Below, in pieces: positions 35,386-47,800 of a stretch of 64,000 nucleotides of DNA. Source of the stretch: Heptranchias perlo. Taxonomy: Eukaryota. Every line of letters begins with the position of its first letter. Position 1 is the first letter of the stretch. Below the pieces are notes generated by a model, which was given only the letters and a program-made list of their open reading frames with translations, did no database searches and was not told the origin of the DNA. The position numbers and the translations under genes were made by a program. The DNA lies in assembly GCF_035084215.1 (NCBI RefSeq), contig NC_090359.1:20832001-20896000 (forward strand). Reading direction: 5' to 3'.

Positions 35386-36099
35386 GTTCACTCTGCAAAT
35401 TGGCCCTATCATGTTTACTTTGTAGGCCAATTCCCACCCGCTGCTTAAATCTCCTCCCATATCTCGCAGTGAGAATAACCAGTGTGAGAGAGGGCAAAAA
35501 GGCCTGTTTTTTTTGTTTGTACACTGCCCTGGCTGCCTCCACGCTGCCAGAATTGATGTTAATAGCTTCTTTCCCACGATGACGCCCTCCTGGACCATTC
35601 CCAAGATTTCCCTTGTTTTTCCCGGATATGTGTTGACGATATAGGAAACATACTCAGCACACCGACACAAAGAAATGATAACTTTGGGCTCTTTATGTCT
35701 GTGTCGCTGAAATTGATGGTAAAATTGGCATTGGGGGAAGCTGGCACGTTTTACTGGAAGCTCAAACCTTCTGCATTACTGAACAGCCCAATGCCAATTC
35801 TCTCCTCTGATTTCTACACACACATTCTCTCAATGTGCGAGGGCACTTACCTTTGCACTTTAACTGCATTTAGGACACAGATCAGCCATTGAATGGTGGA
35901 ACAGGCTCGAGGGGCCGAATGGCACGGGGGAGGGGTGGGGGGTTGGCATTACTTTGGTTCAGCATTCCTGAGCTCAAGGGCGTGACGAAAATCAGCGAGG
36001 GCGCCTGCTCCTGATGGATATTTCGTGACCCTTTGATGTGTGAAGCTCGGATGAGCCTCCACCTTTATCCTGTCAACTCTCACTGCTTGGGGCTCGCGC

Positions 36100-36520
36100 A
36101 TGTCAGCTGTGGTTCAGCGTCCGCCCTCCCGCCTCTGAGTCACGAGGCTGTGGGCTCCAGAGACCGGAGCGTTAAAATCAAGGCCGACGTTCCCAGCGCC
36201 AGTACCCCGGGGGGAGCGCTGCACTGTGGGAGGTGCCGTCTTTCGGACGAGACGTTAAACCGAGGCCCCCCCACCCGTCTGCCCCTCGAAGGAGAGCAAG
36301 GGGGAGTTCGTCTCCCCCCACCCCCCCGGTGTCCTGGGCCGATATTTACCCCTCAACCAACTCCACTAAAAAAAAAAACCAGACGGTCATTTGTCTCGTT
36401 GCTGTTTGTGGGATCTTGCTGTGCGCAAATTGGCCGCCATGTTTCCCTACAGGGAGTGCACTTCATTGGCTGTGAAACACTTCGGGACATCGTGACAAGT
36501 GCTGAATAAAAGGCAAGTTC
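36100..36520 (+). mobile_element. Deu-domain SINE, diverged full-length copy
   Basis: Degenerate tRNA-like head, body and core. Confidence 0.7.
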
Positions 36521-36774
36521 GTTCGTCCCCACTTTTTTTAGATGATTCTGTTCTTCAGCCTCTTCCATATCAACCCCCTCCCAACTCCCCAATCCCTCTC
36601 ACGCTACAGCAGCTGATTCATGGCACCTTTGATCTCCTCCACGTTCTCTGAAAGTCCTACTCTCTGGAACTCCCTCCCCAAACCCGTCCCCCTCTCTCTA
36701 ATTCAGCCCCCCAGCCTTTATTAAAAACCCGTCTTTTCAACCGATCTTTCAGACGCCCAGTGTGGCTAGGTTGT

Positions 36775-37210
36775 CCACCTTGTCTTATGAGGAAAAGTTG
36801 GGCCTGTATACATTGGAGTTTAGAAGAATGAGAGGTGATCTTATTGAAATGTATAAGATCCTGAGGGGACTCGATGGGGTAGATGCTGAGAGGATGTTTC
36901 CCCTTGTGGGGGAGACTGGAACTAGGGACCACAGTTTAAAAATAAGGGGTCTCCCATTTAAGACAGAGATGAGGAGAATTTTTCTCTCTCAGTGAGTCTG
37001 AGGAACTCCCTTCCCCAGAGAACGGTGGAGGCAGGGTCATGGGATATTTTTAAGGCTGAGTTAGTTAGATTCCTGATTAACAAGGGAGTCAAAGGTCATA
37101 GGAGGTCGACGGGAAAGTAGGGTCGAGGTCACAATCAGATCAGCTATGATCTTATCAAATGGCAGAGCAGGCAAGAGGGGCCGAATGGCCTACTCCTGCA
37201 GTCAATTCGT
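36775..37210 (+). mobile_element. CR1 3' end
   Basis: LSYEEKLGLYTLEFRRMRGDLIEMYKI, plus tail. Confidence 0.85.
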
Positions 37211-37909
37211 ATGCTCGACCTATTTTTTTTGACATATATATGTAATTTTCCTCTCACTTAAAGCAATTTGGGATGTTTTGCTACTTTACAGGCACTGTGT
37301 TGCACAAACGCAAATGGTTGTTTATGATGTGGCAGACTATTCCACCACGGGAGGCATCGCAGCGGATCCTCCAATCCCGTCCTCACCCAACGTTCACACA
37401 TGCTCAGTGCACTCATCACGGGCGAACTGGCATTCGAAGTTCCCACAGGCCTCAGAATCCCTAGTCGTGTGCTGAGTGCGACACTCCCTTCATTCCTTCC
37501 CCCCTCAATATTGGTCCAAAGACAACTTACGTTGACCTCTCTGTGTGAATTCTGGAACATTCCCCCACCATCTCCCCATTACGTAGTCAACAATGTCATT
37601 CCAAGATGGCACTTTTAGTTCAGAGAGAAGACAGTGTGCGTTTTCCCCAATACACCGGCTATCTGAAATACATTTTAATGTTGTTTAGCACCTCCACTGG
37701 CGGGGAGGGTGTAATTACAGTGTGACACGTTTACATAGGCAGTTTCCATTATAAATGTGGTCATAAGGATTTGTAATGAAAAAAATTCACAGGAATTGTA
37801 CATAGATGTAAGAAAGAAAGAACTTGCATTTATATAGCGCCTTTCACATCCTCAGGTCGTCCCAAAGCGCTTCACAGCCAATGGAGTACTTTTCAAGTGT
37901 AGTTGGCGC

Positions 37910-38555
37910 CCACTTCTAATTCCATAACATCGTCCGTCTCCGCCCTGCCTCAGCTTATCTGCTGCTGAAACCCTCATCCATGCCTTTGTTATCTCCAGAC
38001 TCGATTAATCCAATGCTCTCCTGGCCGGCCTCCCGTCTCCCACCCTCCCTAAACTTGAGCTCATCCAAAACTCTGCTTTCCGTATCCTAACTCGCACCAA
38101 ATCCCGTTCTCCCATCACCCCACTGTGCTCGCTGACCTACATTGGCTCCCGGTCCACCAACATGTCAAATTTAAAGTTCTTATCCTTGTTTTCAAATCCC
38201 TCCGTGACTTCGCCCCCCCCCCCAATCTCTGAAGCCTCCTCCAGCTCTACAACCCTCCGAGAACTCTGGATTCTTCCAACTCTGGCCTCTTGTACATCCC
38301 CAATATTAACCGCTCCACCATTGGCGGCCGTGCCTTCAGCTGTCTAGGTCCTAAGCTCTGGAATTCCCTCCCTAAATCTCTCCGCCTTTCTGCCTCTCTC
38401 TTGTCATTAAAACCTACCTCTTTGACCAAGCTTATGGTCCCCTGTCTTAATATCTCCTTAAGTGGCTCGGTGTCAAATCTTGACTCATATCACTCCAGTG
38501 AAGCGCCTTGGGACATTTTACTATGTTAAAGGCGCTATATAAATGCAAGTTGAGG
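37910..38555 (+). mobile_element. L2 LINE 3' end
   Basis: tccatgcctttgtt..ctccagactcga, ctacattggctcccggt (LHWLP), GGRAFSCLGPKLWNSLP, and tail aggcgctatataaatgcaagt. Confidence 0.85.
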
Positions 38556-38629
38556 TTGTTGTAATGTAGGGAAACGCAGTAGCCAATTTTCACACAGCAA
38601 GATTGCACAAACAGTAATGTGACAACGAC

Positions 38630-39400
38630 CAACAATTTGCATTTATATAGCGCCTTTAACGTAGTAAAATGTCCCATGGTGCTTTACAGGAGCGATTATC
38701 AGACAAAATTTAACACCGAGCCATGTAAGGAGATATTGGGACGGGTGACCAAAAGCTTGGTCAAAGAGGCAGGTTTTAAGGAGCATCTTAAAGGAGGAGA
38801 GAGAGGCGGAGAGGTTTAGGGAGGGAATTCCAGAGTTTGGGGCCTAGACAGCTGAAGGCACGGCCGCCAATGGCGGAGCGATTAAAATCGGGGGATGCGC
38901 AAGAGGCCAGAATTGGAGGAGCGCAGAGATCTGGGAGGGTTGTAGGAGCTGGAGGAGGTTACAGAGATAGGGAGAGGGGGCGAGGCCATGGAGGGATTTG
39001 AACACAAGGATGAGAATTTTAAAATCGAGGCGTTCCCGGACCGGGAGCCAATGTAGGTCAGCGAGCACAGTGGGTGATGGGTGAACGGGACTCGGTGCGA
39101 GTTAGGATACGGGGCAGCAGAGCTTTGGATGAGCTGAAGTCTACGCTGGGTGGGAGGCCGGTCAGGAGAGCATTGGAATCAGTCGAGTCTGGAGGTAACA
39201 AAGGCACGGATGAGGGTTTCAGCAGCAGATGAGCTGAGGCAGGGGGCGGAGACGGGCGATATTACGGAGGTGGGAGTAGACGGTCTTGGTGATGGAGAGG
39301 ACATGTGGTCAGAAGTTCATCTCGGGGTCAAATCGGACGCCAAGATTGCGAACGGTCTGGTTCAGCCTCAGAGAATGGCCAAGGAGGGGGACGGAGTCAG
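38630..39400 (-). mobile_element. L2 LINE 3' end, antisense
   Basis: Minus-strand LADLHWLPVRERLDFKILILVFKSLHGLAP and VRNLGVRFDPE. Confidence 0.85.
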
Positions 39401-39600
39401 ATGATCTGTTTTTCAGTGATGTTGGTTGAGGGATAAATAGCGCCCAGGACATCAGCGGAAACTCCTCTGCTCTTCTTCCAATAGCGGCAACGGGATCTTT
39501 GACGTCCACCGGAGAGGGGCAGACGGGGCATTGGTTTGACGTCTCATCTGAAAGACGGCGCCTCCGACAGTGTAGCACTCCCTCAGCACTGCACTGTCGT
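39400..39600 (-). mobile_element. Deu-domain SINE fragment
   Basis: Reverse complement of the SINE body (cagtgctgagggagtgc...gtggacgtcaaagatccc). Confidence 0.7.
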
Positions 39601-40879
39601 GTCTCCTTCCCTCTCTATCAATCAGAGCGAGACAAACTACACTTAATATATCGGTTGACATATCTAATTGCTGTTTTAATTTGTCGCAATTAAATTGCAG
39701 GTTGCACGAGTTGTTACGATCTGGAATGCGCTGCCTGAAAGGGCGGTGGAAGCAGATTCAATAGTAACTTTCGAAAGGGGAACTGGACAAATACTTAAAA
39801 AAGGGAGAAAGATTTGCAGGGCTGTGAGGAAGAGCAGGAGTGGGACTAATTGGATAGCTCTTTCAAAGAGCCTGCACAGACACGACGGGCCGAGTCGCCT
39901 CCGTCCGCACTGTGTGATTTTTCAAAGACCACGGGCGAAATTGTTTCCAGGAGAAATTTTCTGCTTTGCCTTTGACTGCGAAGGAAAATTGAATCCGTAT
40001 TTTTTGACCTGGAATTTGACGCAGCAGGGTCCAGGTCAGAACGAAATTCCTTTCTAAAGCAGTTACCGAGGGAAACAGCCTGTGACAGGGGTCCCTTATC
40101 ATCCAGTAACGACAGAGGCCATTCACGGTGGATGAGTAAGAGGCGGGAGGGCCAGGAGGCCGGCCACTGAGAGCGCTGGGGTCAGCGTGCATCATCCCAA
40201 AGCCAAGTGCCGACACAATACATGGGGACCGCGCTCCAGAGGCCTCGTTTCCCATCTGACGCTCGAGGGAGTTACACCCAGGTCGAAACAGGAAGTGCCA
40301 GAACAATGACCATCCTGAGACTACACAATGAGATTTATTTTTTTTGGAGTGGGGGGGGGGGGAGTGGGGGGTTGGAATGTTTAATAAACCTGGTGCGAGG
40401 CCCACACCAGAAAAGGGACAACGAGAAAAGACGAGGAGAGGATTCACGCACTGCGTGCGAGCGAGCGTGTGCGCGGGCCGCGGACATCTGTTGGCGTGTT
40501 TGCAACATCTGGCCGTTACGCTTCCCCTGTGATCTTTGGAGATCAAACTCCTCTCGGTGCCAACTCACGATTCCACCCGTCCCGGTACCCCGGCCCCAAT
40601 TCCCTCCCTCCCCAGCTCTCCGCGCGGGCCTTGTTGGCCGGCTATTCCACTGTGAGGGGCATCGCCGCCGAGCCCAATCCTGCCACTCCCCCACCCCCCC
40701 CAACCAACCAAAGCTCACACACGCAGACGCACGCATTTTCCTGCAGGGGTCGCTGGTTAGCAATCTAGGGCAGGGAACCCTGGTCGACTTTCCCCACCCC
40801 CCCTCCACCCAATCATAGACCCCCCTTTCGGTGCAACATGTGCCAACCCATTGGGCCAACGACAACTTGCTTTTATGTA

Positions 40880-41180
40880 ATACCTCCGCTGACTCACCCT
40901 CGTCTCTGCGCTCCTCCAATTCTGCCCTCTCGCCGACTTCCTTCGCCCCACCGTTGGCGGCCGTGCCTTCAGCCGTCGAGGCCCCAAGCTCTGGAATTCC
41001 CTCCCTAAACCTCTCCGCCTCTCCCTCCTCCTTTAAGACGCTCCTTAAAACCTACCTCACCTGTCCTAATATCTCCTCATGTGGCTCGGGGTCAAATTTT
41101 GTCTGATAATCGCTCCTGTGAAGCACGTTGGAGACATTTTACTATGTCAAAGGCGCTATATAAATGCAGGTGGTTGTTGT
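40880..41180 (+). mobile_element. L2 3' end
   Basis: ttggcggccgtgccttcagc...ctctggaattccctccct...aggcgctatataaatgca. Confidence 0.8.
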
Positions 41181-41225
41181 AAGTATGGAGAGGCACTATA
41201 ATTGGTCCCAGTGTCACTGGACCAT

Positions 41226-41546
41226 GGGAGGGGGAGGGAGGAGAGAGGGAGGGGGAGGGGAGAGGGAGGGGGAGGGGAGATGGAGGAGGGGGAGGGGAGA
41301 GGGGATGGGGAGAAGGGGAGGGGAGATGGGGGAGGGGGAGGGGAGATGGGGAGAAGGGGAGGGGAGATGGGGAGAAGGGGAGGGGAGATGGGGGGGAGGC
41401 GAGATGTGGAGATGGGGAGAAGGGGAGGGGAGATGGGAGAAGGGGAGGGGAGGGGAGATGGGGAGAAGGGGAGGGGAGAGGGGAGAGGGGGAGGGGAGAA
41501 GGGGAGGCGAGAAGGGGAGGGGGAGGGGAGAGGGGGAGGGGAGGAA
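41226..41546 (+). repeat. G-rich polypurine low-complexity tract
   Basis: Almost entirely G/A, with (ggggagatggggagaaggggga)-like subunits. Confidence 0.95.
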
Positions 41547-41649
41547 ATGAGTCCCTCTCTGTTCTTAGTCACGATGTTTTTTTTATATGAAAACAGAAAA
41601 ACCCGGAAACGCTCAGCAGGTCGGGCAGCATCTGTGGAGAGAGAAACAG

Positions 41650-41686
41650 AGTTAATGTTTCAGGTCGATGACCTTTCGTCAGAACT
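41650..41686 (-). ncRNA. Minimal type-I hammerhead ribozyme-like motif in a Penelope-like terminus (one stem III mismatch)
   Basis: Minus strand AGUU-CUGACGA-A-AGGUC-AUC-GACCU-GAAA-CAUU-AACU: catalytic boxes, stem II and stem I (AGUU/AACU) all present. Confidence 0.55.
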
Positions 41687-41883
41687 GGAAGAAGTTTAAG
41701 ATTAAAACAGCAATAAAGCAAATACAGAGCCGGGGGACAAAGGGGGGGGGGGGGAGTGGGGCGGGGGGGACAGGGAATGGAGAAAGGGGAGAGGTCTCTG
41801 ATCGGGCGGAGGGCATAAGAGATTAAATGACAAATGGGATGATGGCGCGAGGTAATCCCGCTGGATGACCGAAACCTCCTCCA

Positions 41884-44800
41884 TATAGTGTGGAGACCCT
41901 CTCTATTACCCCAAATCTCCCCCTATAGTGTGGAGACCCTCTCTATTACCCCAAATCTCCCCCTATAGTGTGGAGACCCTCTCTATTACCCCAAATCTCC
42001 CCCTATAGTGTGGAGACCCTCTCTATTACCCCAAATCTCCCCCTATAGTGTGGAGACCCTCTCTATTACCCCAAATCTCCCCCTACAGTGTGGAGACCCT
42101 CTCAATTGCATTAAACCTCCTCCTATAGAATGGAGACCCTCTCTATTACCCAAACCTCCTCCTATAGTGTGGAGACCCTCTCTATTACCCAAACCTCCTC
42201 CGATAGTGTGGAGACCCTCTCTATTACCCAAACCTCCCCCCTATAGAGTGGAGACCCTCTCTATTACCCAAACCTCCTCCCTATAGTGTGGAGACCCTCT
42301 CGATTACCCCAAATCTCCCTCTATAGTGTGGAGACCCTCTCTATTGCCCAAACCTCCTCCCTATAGTGTGGAGACCCTCTCTATTACCCAAACCACCTCC
42401 TATAGTGTGGAGACCCTCTCTATTGTCCAAACCTCCTCCCTATAGTGGGGAGACCCTCTCCATTACCCAAACCTCCTGCGAAAGTGTGGAGACCCTCTCT
42501 AATACCCAAACCTCCTCCTATAGAGTGGAGACCCTCTCTATTACCCAAACCTCCCCCCTATAGTGTGGAGACCCTCTCTATTACCCAAACCTCCCCCCTA
42601 TAGAGTGGAGACCCTCTCTATTACCCAAACCTCCTCCCCATAGTGTGGAGACCCTCTCTATTACCCAAACCTCCTCCTATCGTGTGGAGACCCTCTCTAT
42701 TACCCAAACCTCCTCCTATAGCGTGGAGACCCTCTCTATTACCCAAACCTCCTCCCCATAGTGTGGAGACCCTCTCTATTACCCAAACCTCCTCCTATCG
42801 TGTGGAGACCCTCTCTATTACCCAAACCTCCTCCTATCGTGTGGAGACCCTCTCTATTACTCCAAATCTCCCCCTATAGTGTGGAGACCCTCTCAATTGC
42901 ATTAAACCTCCTCCTATAGCGTGGAGACCCTCTCTATTACCCAAACCTCCCCCTATAGTGTGGAGACCCTCTCTATTACCCAAACCTCCTCCTATAGTGT
43001 GGAGACCCTCTCGATCACCCAAACCTCCCCCCTATAGAGTGGAGACCCTCTCTATTACCCAAACCTCCTCCGATAGAGTGGAGACCCTCTCTATTACCCA
43101 AACCTCCTCCTATAGAGTGGAGACCCTCTCTATTACCCAAACGTCCTCCTATAGTGTGGAGACCCTCTCTATTACCCAAACCTCCCCCCTATAGAGTGGA
43201 GACCCTCTCTATTACCCAAACCTCCCCCCTATAGAGTGGAGACCCTCTCTATTACCCAAACCTCCCCCCTATAGAGTGGAGACCCTCTCTATTACCCAAA
43301 CCTCCTCCGATAGAGTGGAGACCCTCTCTATTACCCAAACCTCCTCCTATAGAGTGGAGACCCTCTCTATTACCCAAACGTCCTCCTATAGTGTGGAGAC
43401 CCTCTTTATTACCCAAACCTCCCCCCTATAGAGTGGAGACCCTCTCTATTACCCAAACCTCCACCGATAGAGTGGAGACCCTCTCTATTACCCAAACCTC
43501 CTCCTATAGAGTGGAGACCCTCTCTATTACCCAAACGTCCTCCTATAGTGTGGAGACCCTCTCTATTACCCAAACCTCCCCCCTATAGAGTGGAGACCCT
43601 CTCTATTACCCAAACCTCCCCCCTATAGAGTGGAGACCCTCTCTATTACCCAAACCTCCCCCCTATAGAGTGGAGACCCTCTCTATTACACAAACCTCCT
43701 CCGATAGAGTGGAGACCCTCTCTATTACCCAAACCTCCTCCTATAGAGTGGAGACCCTCTCTATTATCCAAGCCTCCTGCTACAGTTTTGAGACCCTCTC
43801 TATTACCCAAACCTCCTGCTATAGTGTGGAGACCCTCTCTATTACCCAAACCTCCCCCCGATAGAGTGGAGACTCTCTCTATTACCCAAACCTCCTCCGA
43901 TAGTGTGGAGACCCTCTCTATTACACAAACCTCCTCCTACAGAGTGGAGACCCTCTCTATTACCCAAACCTCCTCCCTATAGAGTGGAGACCCTCTCTAT
44001 TACCCAAACCTCCTGCTATAGTGTGGAGACCCTCTCTATTATCCAAACCACCTCCTATAGTGTGGAGACCCTCTCTATTACCCAAACCACCTCCTATAGT
44101 GTGGAGACCCTCTCTATTGCCCAAACCTCCTCCTATAGTGTGGAGACCCTCTCTATTACCCAAACCTCCCCCTATAGTGTGGAGACCCTCTCTATTACCC
44201 AAACCTCCTCCCTATAGTGTGGAGACCCTCTCTATTACCCAAACCTCCTCCTATAGTGTGGAGACCCTCTCTATTACCCAAACCTCCCCCCTATAGAGTG
44301 GAGACCCTCTCTATTACCCAAACCTCCTCCCGATAGTGTGGAGACCCTCTCTATTACCCAAACCTCCCCCTATAGTGTGGAGACCCTCTCTATTACACAA
44401 ACCTCCCCCTATAGTGTGGAGACCCTCTCTATTACCCAAACCACCTCCTATAATGTGGAGACCCTCTCTATTACCCAAACCTCCCCCTATAGTGTGGAGA
44501 CCCTCTCTATTACCCAAACCTCCCCCTATAGTGTGGAGACCCTCTCTATTACCCAAACCACCTCCTATAATGTGGAGACCCTCTCTATTGCCCAAACCTC
44601 CTCCCCATAGTGTGGAGACCCTCTCTATTACCCAAACCTCCCCCGATAGTGTGGAGACCCTCTCTATTACCCAAACCTCCCCCTATAGTGTGGAGACCCT
44701 CTCAATTGCATTAAACCTCCTCCTATAGAGTGGAGACCCTCTCTATTACCCAAACCTCCTCCTATAGTGTGGAGACCCTCTCTATTACCCAAACCTCCTC

Positions 44801-47800
44801 CTATAGTGTGGAGACCCTCTCTATTACCCAAACCTCCTCCCCATAGTGTGGAGACCCTCTTTATTACCCAAACCTCCTCCTATAGAGTGGAGACCCTCTC
44901 TATTACCCAAACCTCCTCCGATAGAGTGGAGACCCTCTCTATTACCCAAACCTCCTCCTATAGAGTGGAGACCCTCTCTATTACCCAAACCTTCTCCCTA
45001 TAATGTGGAGACCCTCTCTATTACACAAACCTCCTCCTATAGAGTGGATACCCTCTCTATTACCCAAACCTTCTCCCTATAATGTGGAGACCCTCTCTAT
45101 TACCCAAACCTCCTCCTATAGAGTGGAGACCCTCTCTATTACCCAAACCTCCTCCTATAGTGTGGAGACCCTCTCTATTACCCAAACCTTCTCCCTATAA
45201 TGTGGAGACCCTCTCTATTACCCAAACCTCCTCCTATAGTGTGGAGACCCTCTCTATTACCCAAACTTCCTCCTATAGTGTGGAGACCCTCTCTATTACC
45301 CAAACTTCCCCCTATAGTGTGGAGACCCTCTCTATTACCCAAACTTCCTCCTATAGTGTGGAGACCCTCTCTATTACCCAAACTTCCTCCTATAGTGTGG
45401 AGACCCTCTCTATTACCCAAACCTCCTCCTATAGTGTGGAGACCCTGTCTATTACCCAAACCTCCTCCTATAGTGTGGAGACCCTCTCTATTACCCAAAC
45501 CTCCTCCTATAGAGTGGAGACCCTCTCTATTACCCAAACCTCCTCCTATAGAGTGGAGACCCTCTCTATTACCCAAACCTCCCCCTATAGAGTGGAGACC
45601 CTCTCTATTACCCAAACCTCCTCCTATAGAGTGGAGACCCTCTCTATTACCCAAACCTCCCCCTATAGAGTGGAGACCCTCTCTATTACCCAAACCTCCT
45701 CCTATAGTGTGGAGACCCTCTCTATTACCCAAACCTCCTCCTATAGAGTGGAGACCCTCTCTATTACCCAAACCTCCCCCTATAGAGTGGAGACCCTCTC
45801 TATTACCCAAACCTCCTCCTATAGAGTGGAGACCCTCTCTATTACCCAAACCTTCTGCCTATAGTGTGGAGACCCTCTCTATTAACCCAACCTCCTCCTA
45901 TAGCGTGGAGACCCTCTCTATTACCCAAACCTCCTCCTATAGAGTGGAGACCCTCTCTATTACCCAAACCTCCTCCTGTAGAGTGGAGACCCTCTCTATT
46001 ACCCAAAACTCGTCCGATAGATTGGAGACCCTCTCTATTACCCAAGCCTCCTGCTACAGTGTGGAGACCCTCTCTATTACCCAAACCTCCCCCCTTTACA
46101 GTGGAGACCCTCTCTATTACCCAAACCTCCCCCTATAGAGTGGAGACCCTCTCTATTACCCAAACCTCCTCCTATAGAATGGAGACCCTCTCTATTACCC
46201 AAAACTCCTCCTATAGTGTGGAGACCCTCTCTATTACCCAAACCTCCTGCTATAGTGTGGAGACCCTCTCTATTACCCAAACCTCCCCCTATAGAGTGGA
46301 GACCCTCTCTATTACCCAAACCTCCTCCTATAGAGTGGAGACCCTCTCTATTATCCAAGCCTCCTGCTACAGTGTTGAGACCCTCTCTATTACCCAAACC
46401 TCCTGCTTTAGTGTGGAGACCCTCTCTATTACCCAAACCTCCCCCCTATAGAGTGGAGACCCTCTCTATTACCCAAACCTCCTGCTTTAGTGTGGAGACC
46501 CTCTCTATTACCCAAACCTCCCCCTATAGAGTGGAGACCCTCTCTATTACCCAAACCTCCTCCCTATAGAGTGGAGACCCTCTCTATTACCCAAACCTCC
46601 TGCTATAGTGTGGAGACCCTCTCTATTACCCAAACCTCCCCCTATAGAGTGGAGACCCTCTCTATTACCCAAACCTCCTCCCTATAGTGTGGAGACCCTC
46701 TCTATTACCCAAACCTCCTGCTATAGTGTGGAGACCCTCTCTATTACCCAAACCACCTCCTATAGTGTGGAGACCCTCTCTATTACCCAAACCTCCTCCC
46801 GATAGTGTGGAGACCCTCTCTATTACCCAAACCACCTCCTATAATGTGGAGACCCTCTCTATTGCCCAAACCTCCTCCCCATAGTGTGGAGACCCTCTCT
46901 ATTACCCAAAGCTCCCCCTATAGTGTGGAGACCCTCTCAATTGCATTAAACCTCCTCCTATAGTGTGGAGACCCTCTCTATTACCCAAACATCCTCCTAT
47001 AGTGTGGAGACCCTCTCTATTACCCAAACCTCCTCCTATAGAGTGGAGACCCTCTCTATTACCCAAACCTCCTCCTATAGAGTGGAGACCCTCTCTATTA
47101 CCCAAACCTCCCCCTATAGTGTGGAGACCCTCTCTATTACCCAAACCTCCTCCTATAGAGTGGAGACCCTCTCTATTACCCAAACCTCCTCCTATAGAGT
47201 GGAGACCCTCTCTATTACCCAAACCTCCTCCCCATAGTGTGGAGACCCTCTCTATTACCCAAACCTCCTCCTATAGAGTGGAGACCCTCTCTATTACCCA
47301 AACCTCCTCCTATAGAGTGGAGACCCTCTCTATTACCCAAACCACCTCCTATAGAGTGGAGACCCTCTCTATTACCCAAACCTCCTGCTATAGAGTGGAG
47401 ACCCTCTCTATGACCCAAACCTCCTCCTATAGTGTGGAGACCCTCTCTATGACCCAAACCTCCTCCCCATAGTGTGGAGACCCTCTCTATTACCCAAATT
47501 TCCTCCTCTAGTGTGGAGACCCTCTCTATTACCCAAACCTCCTCCTATAGTGTGGAGACCCTCTCTATTACCCAAACCTCCTCCTATAGAGTGGAGACCC
47601 TCTCTATTACCCAAACCTCCCCCGATAGTGTGGAGACCCTCTCTATTACCCAAACCTCCTCCTATAGAGTGGAGACCCTCTCTATTACCCAAACCTTCTG
47701 CCTATAGTGTGGAGACCCTCTCTATTAACCAAACCTCCTCCTATAGCGTGGAGACCCTCTCTATTACCCAAACCTCCTCCTATAGATGTGGAGACCCTCT

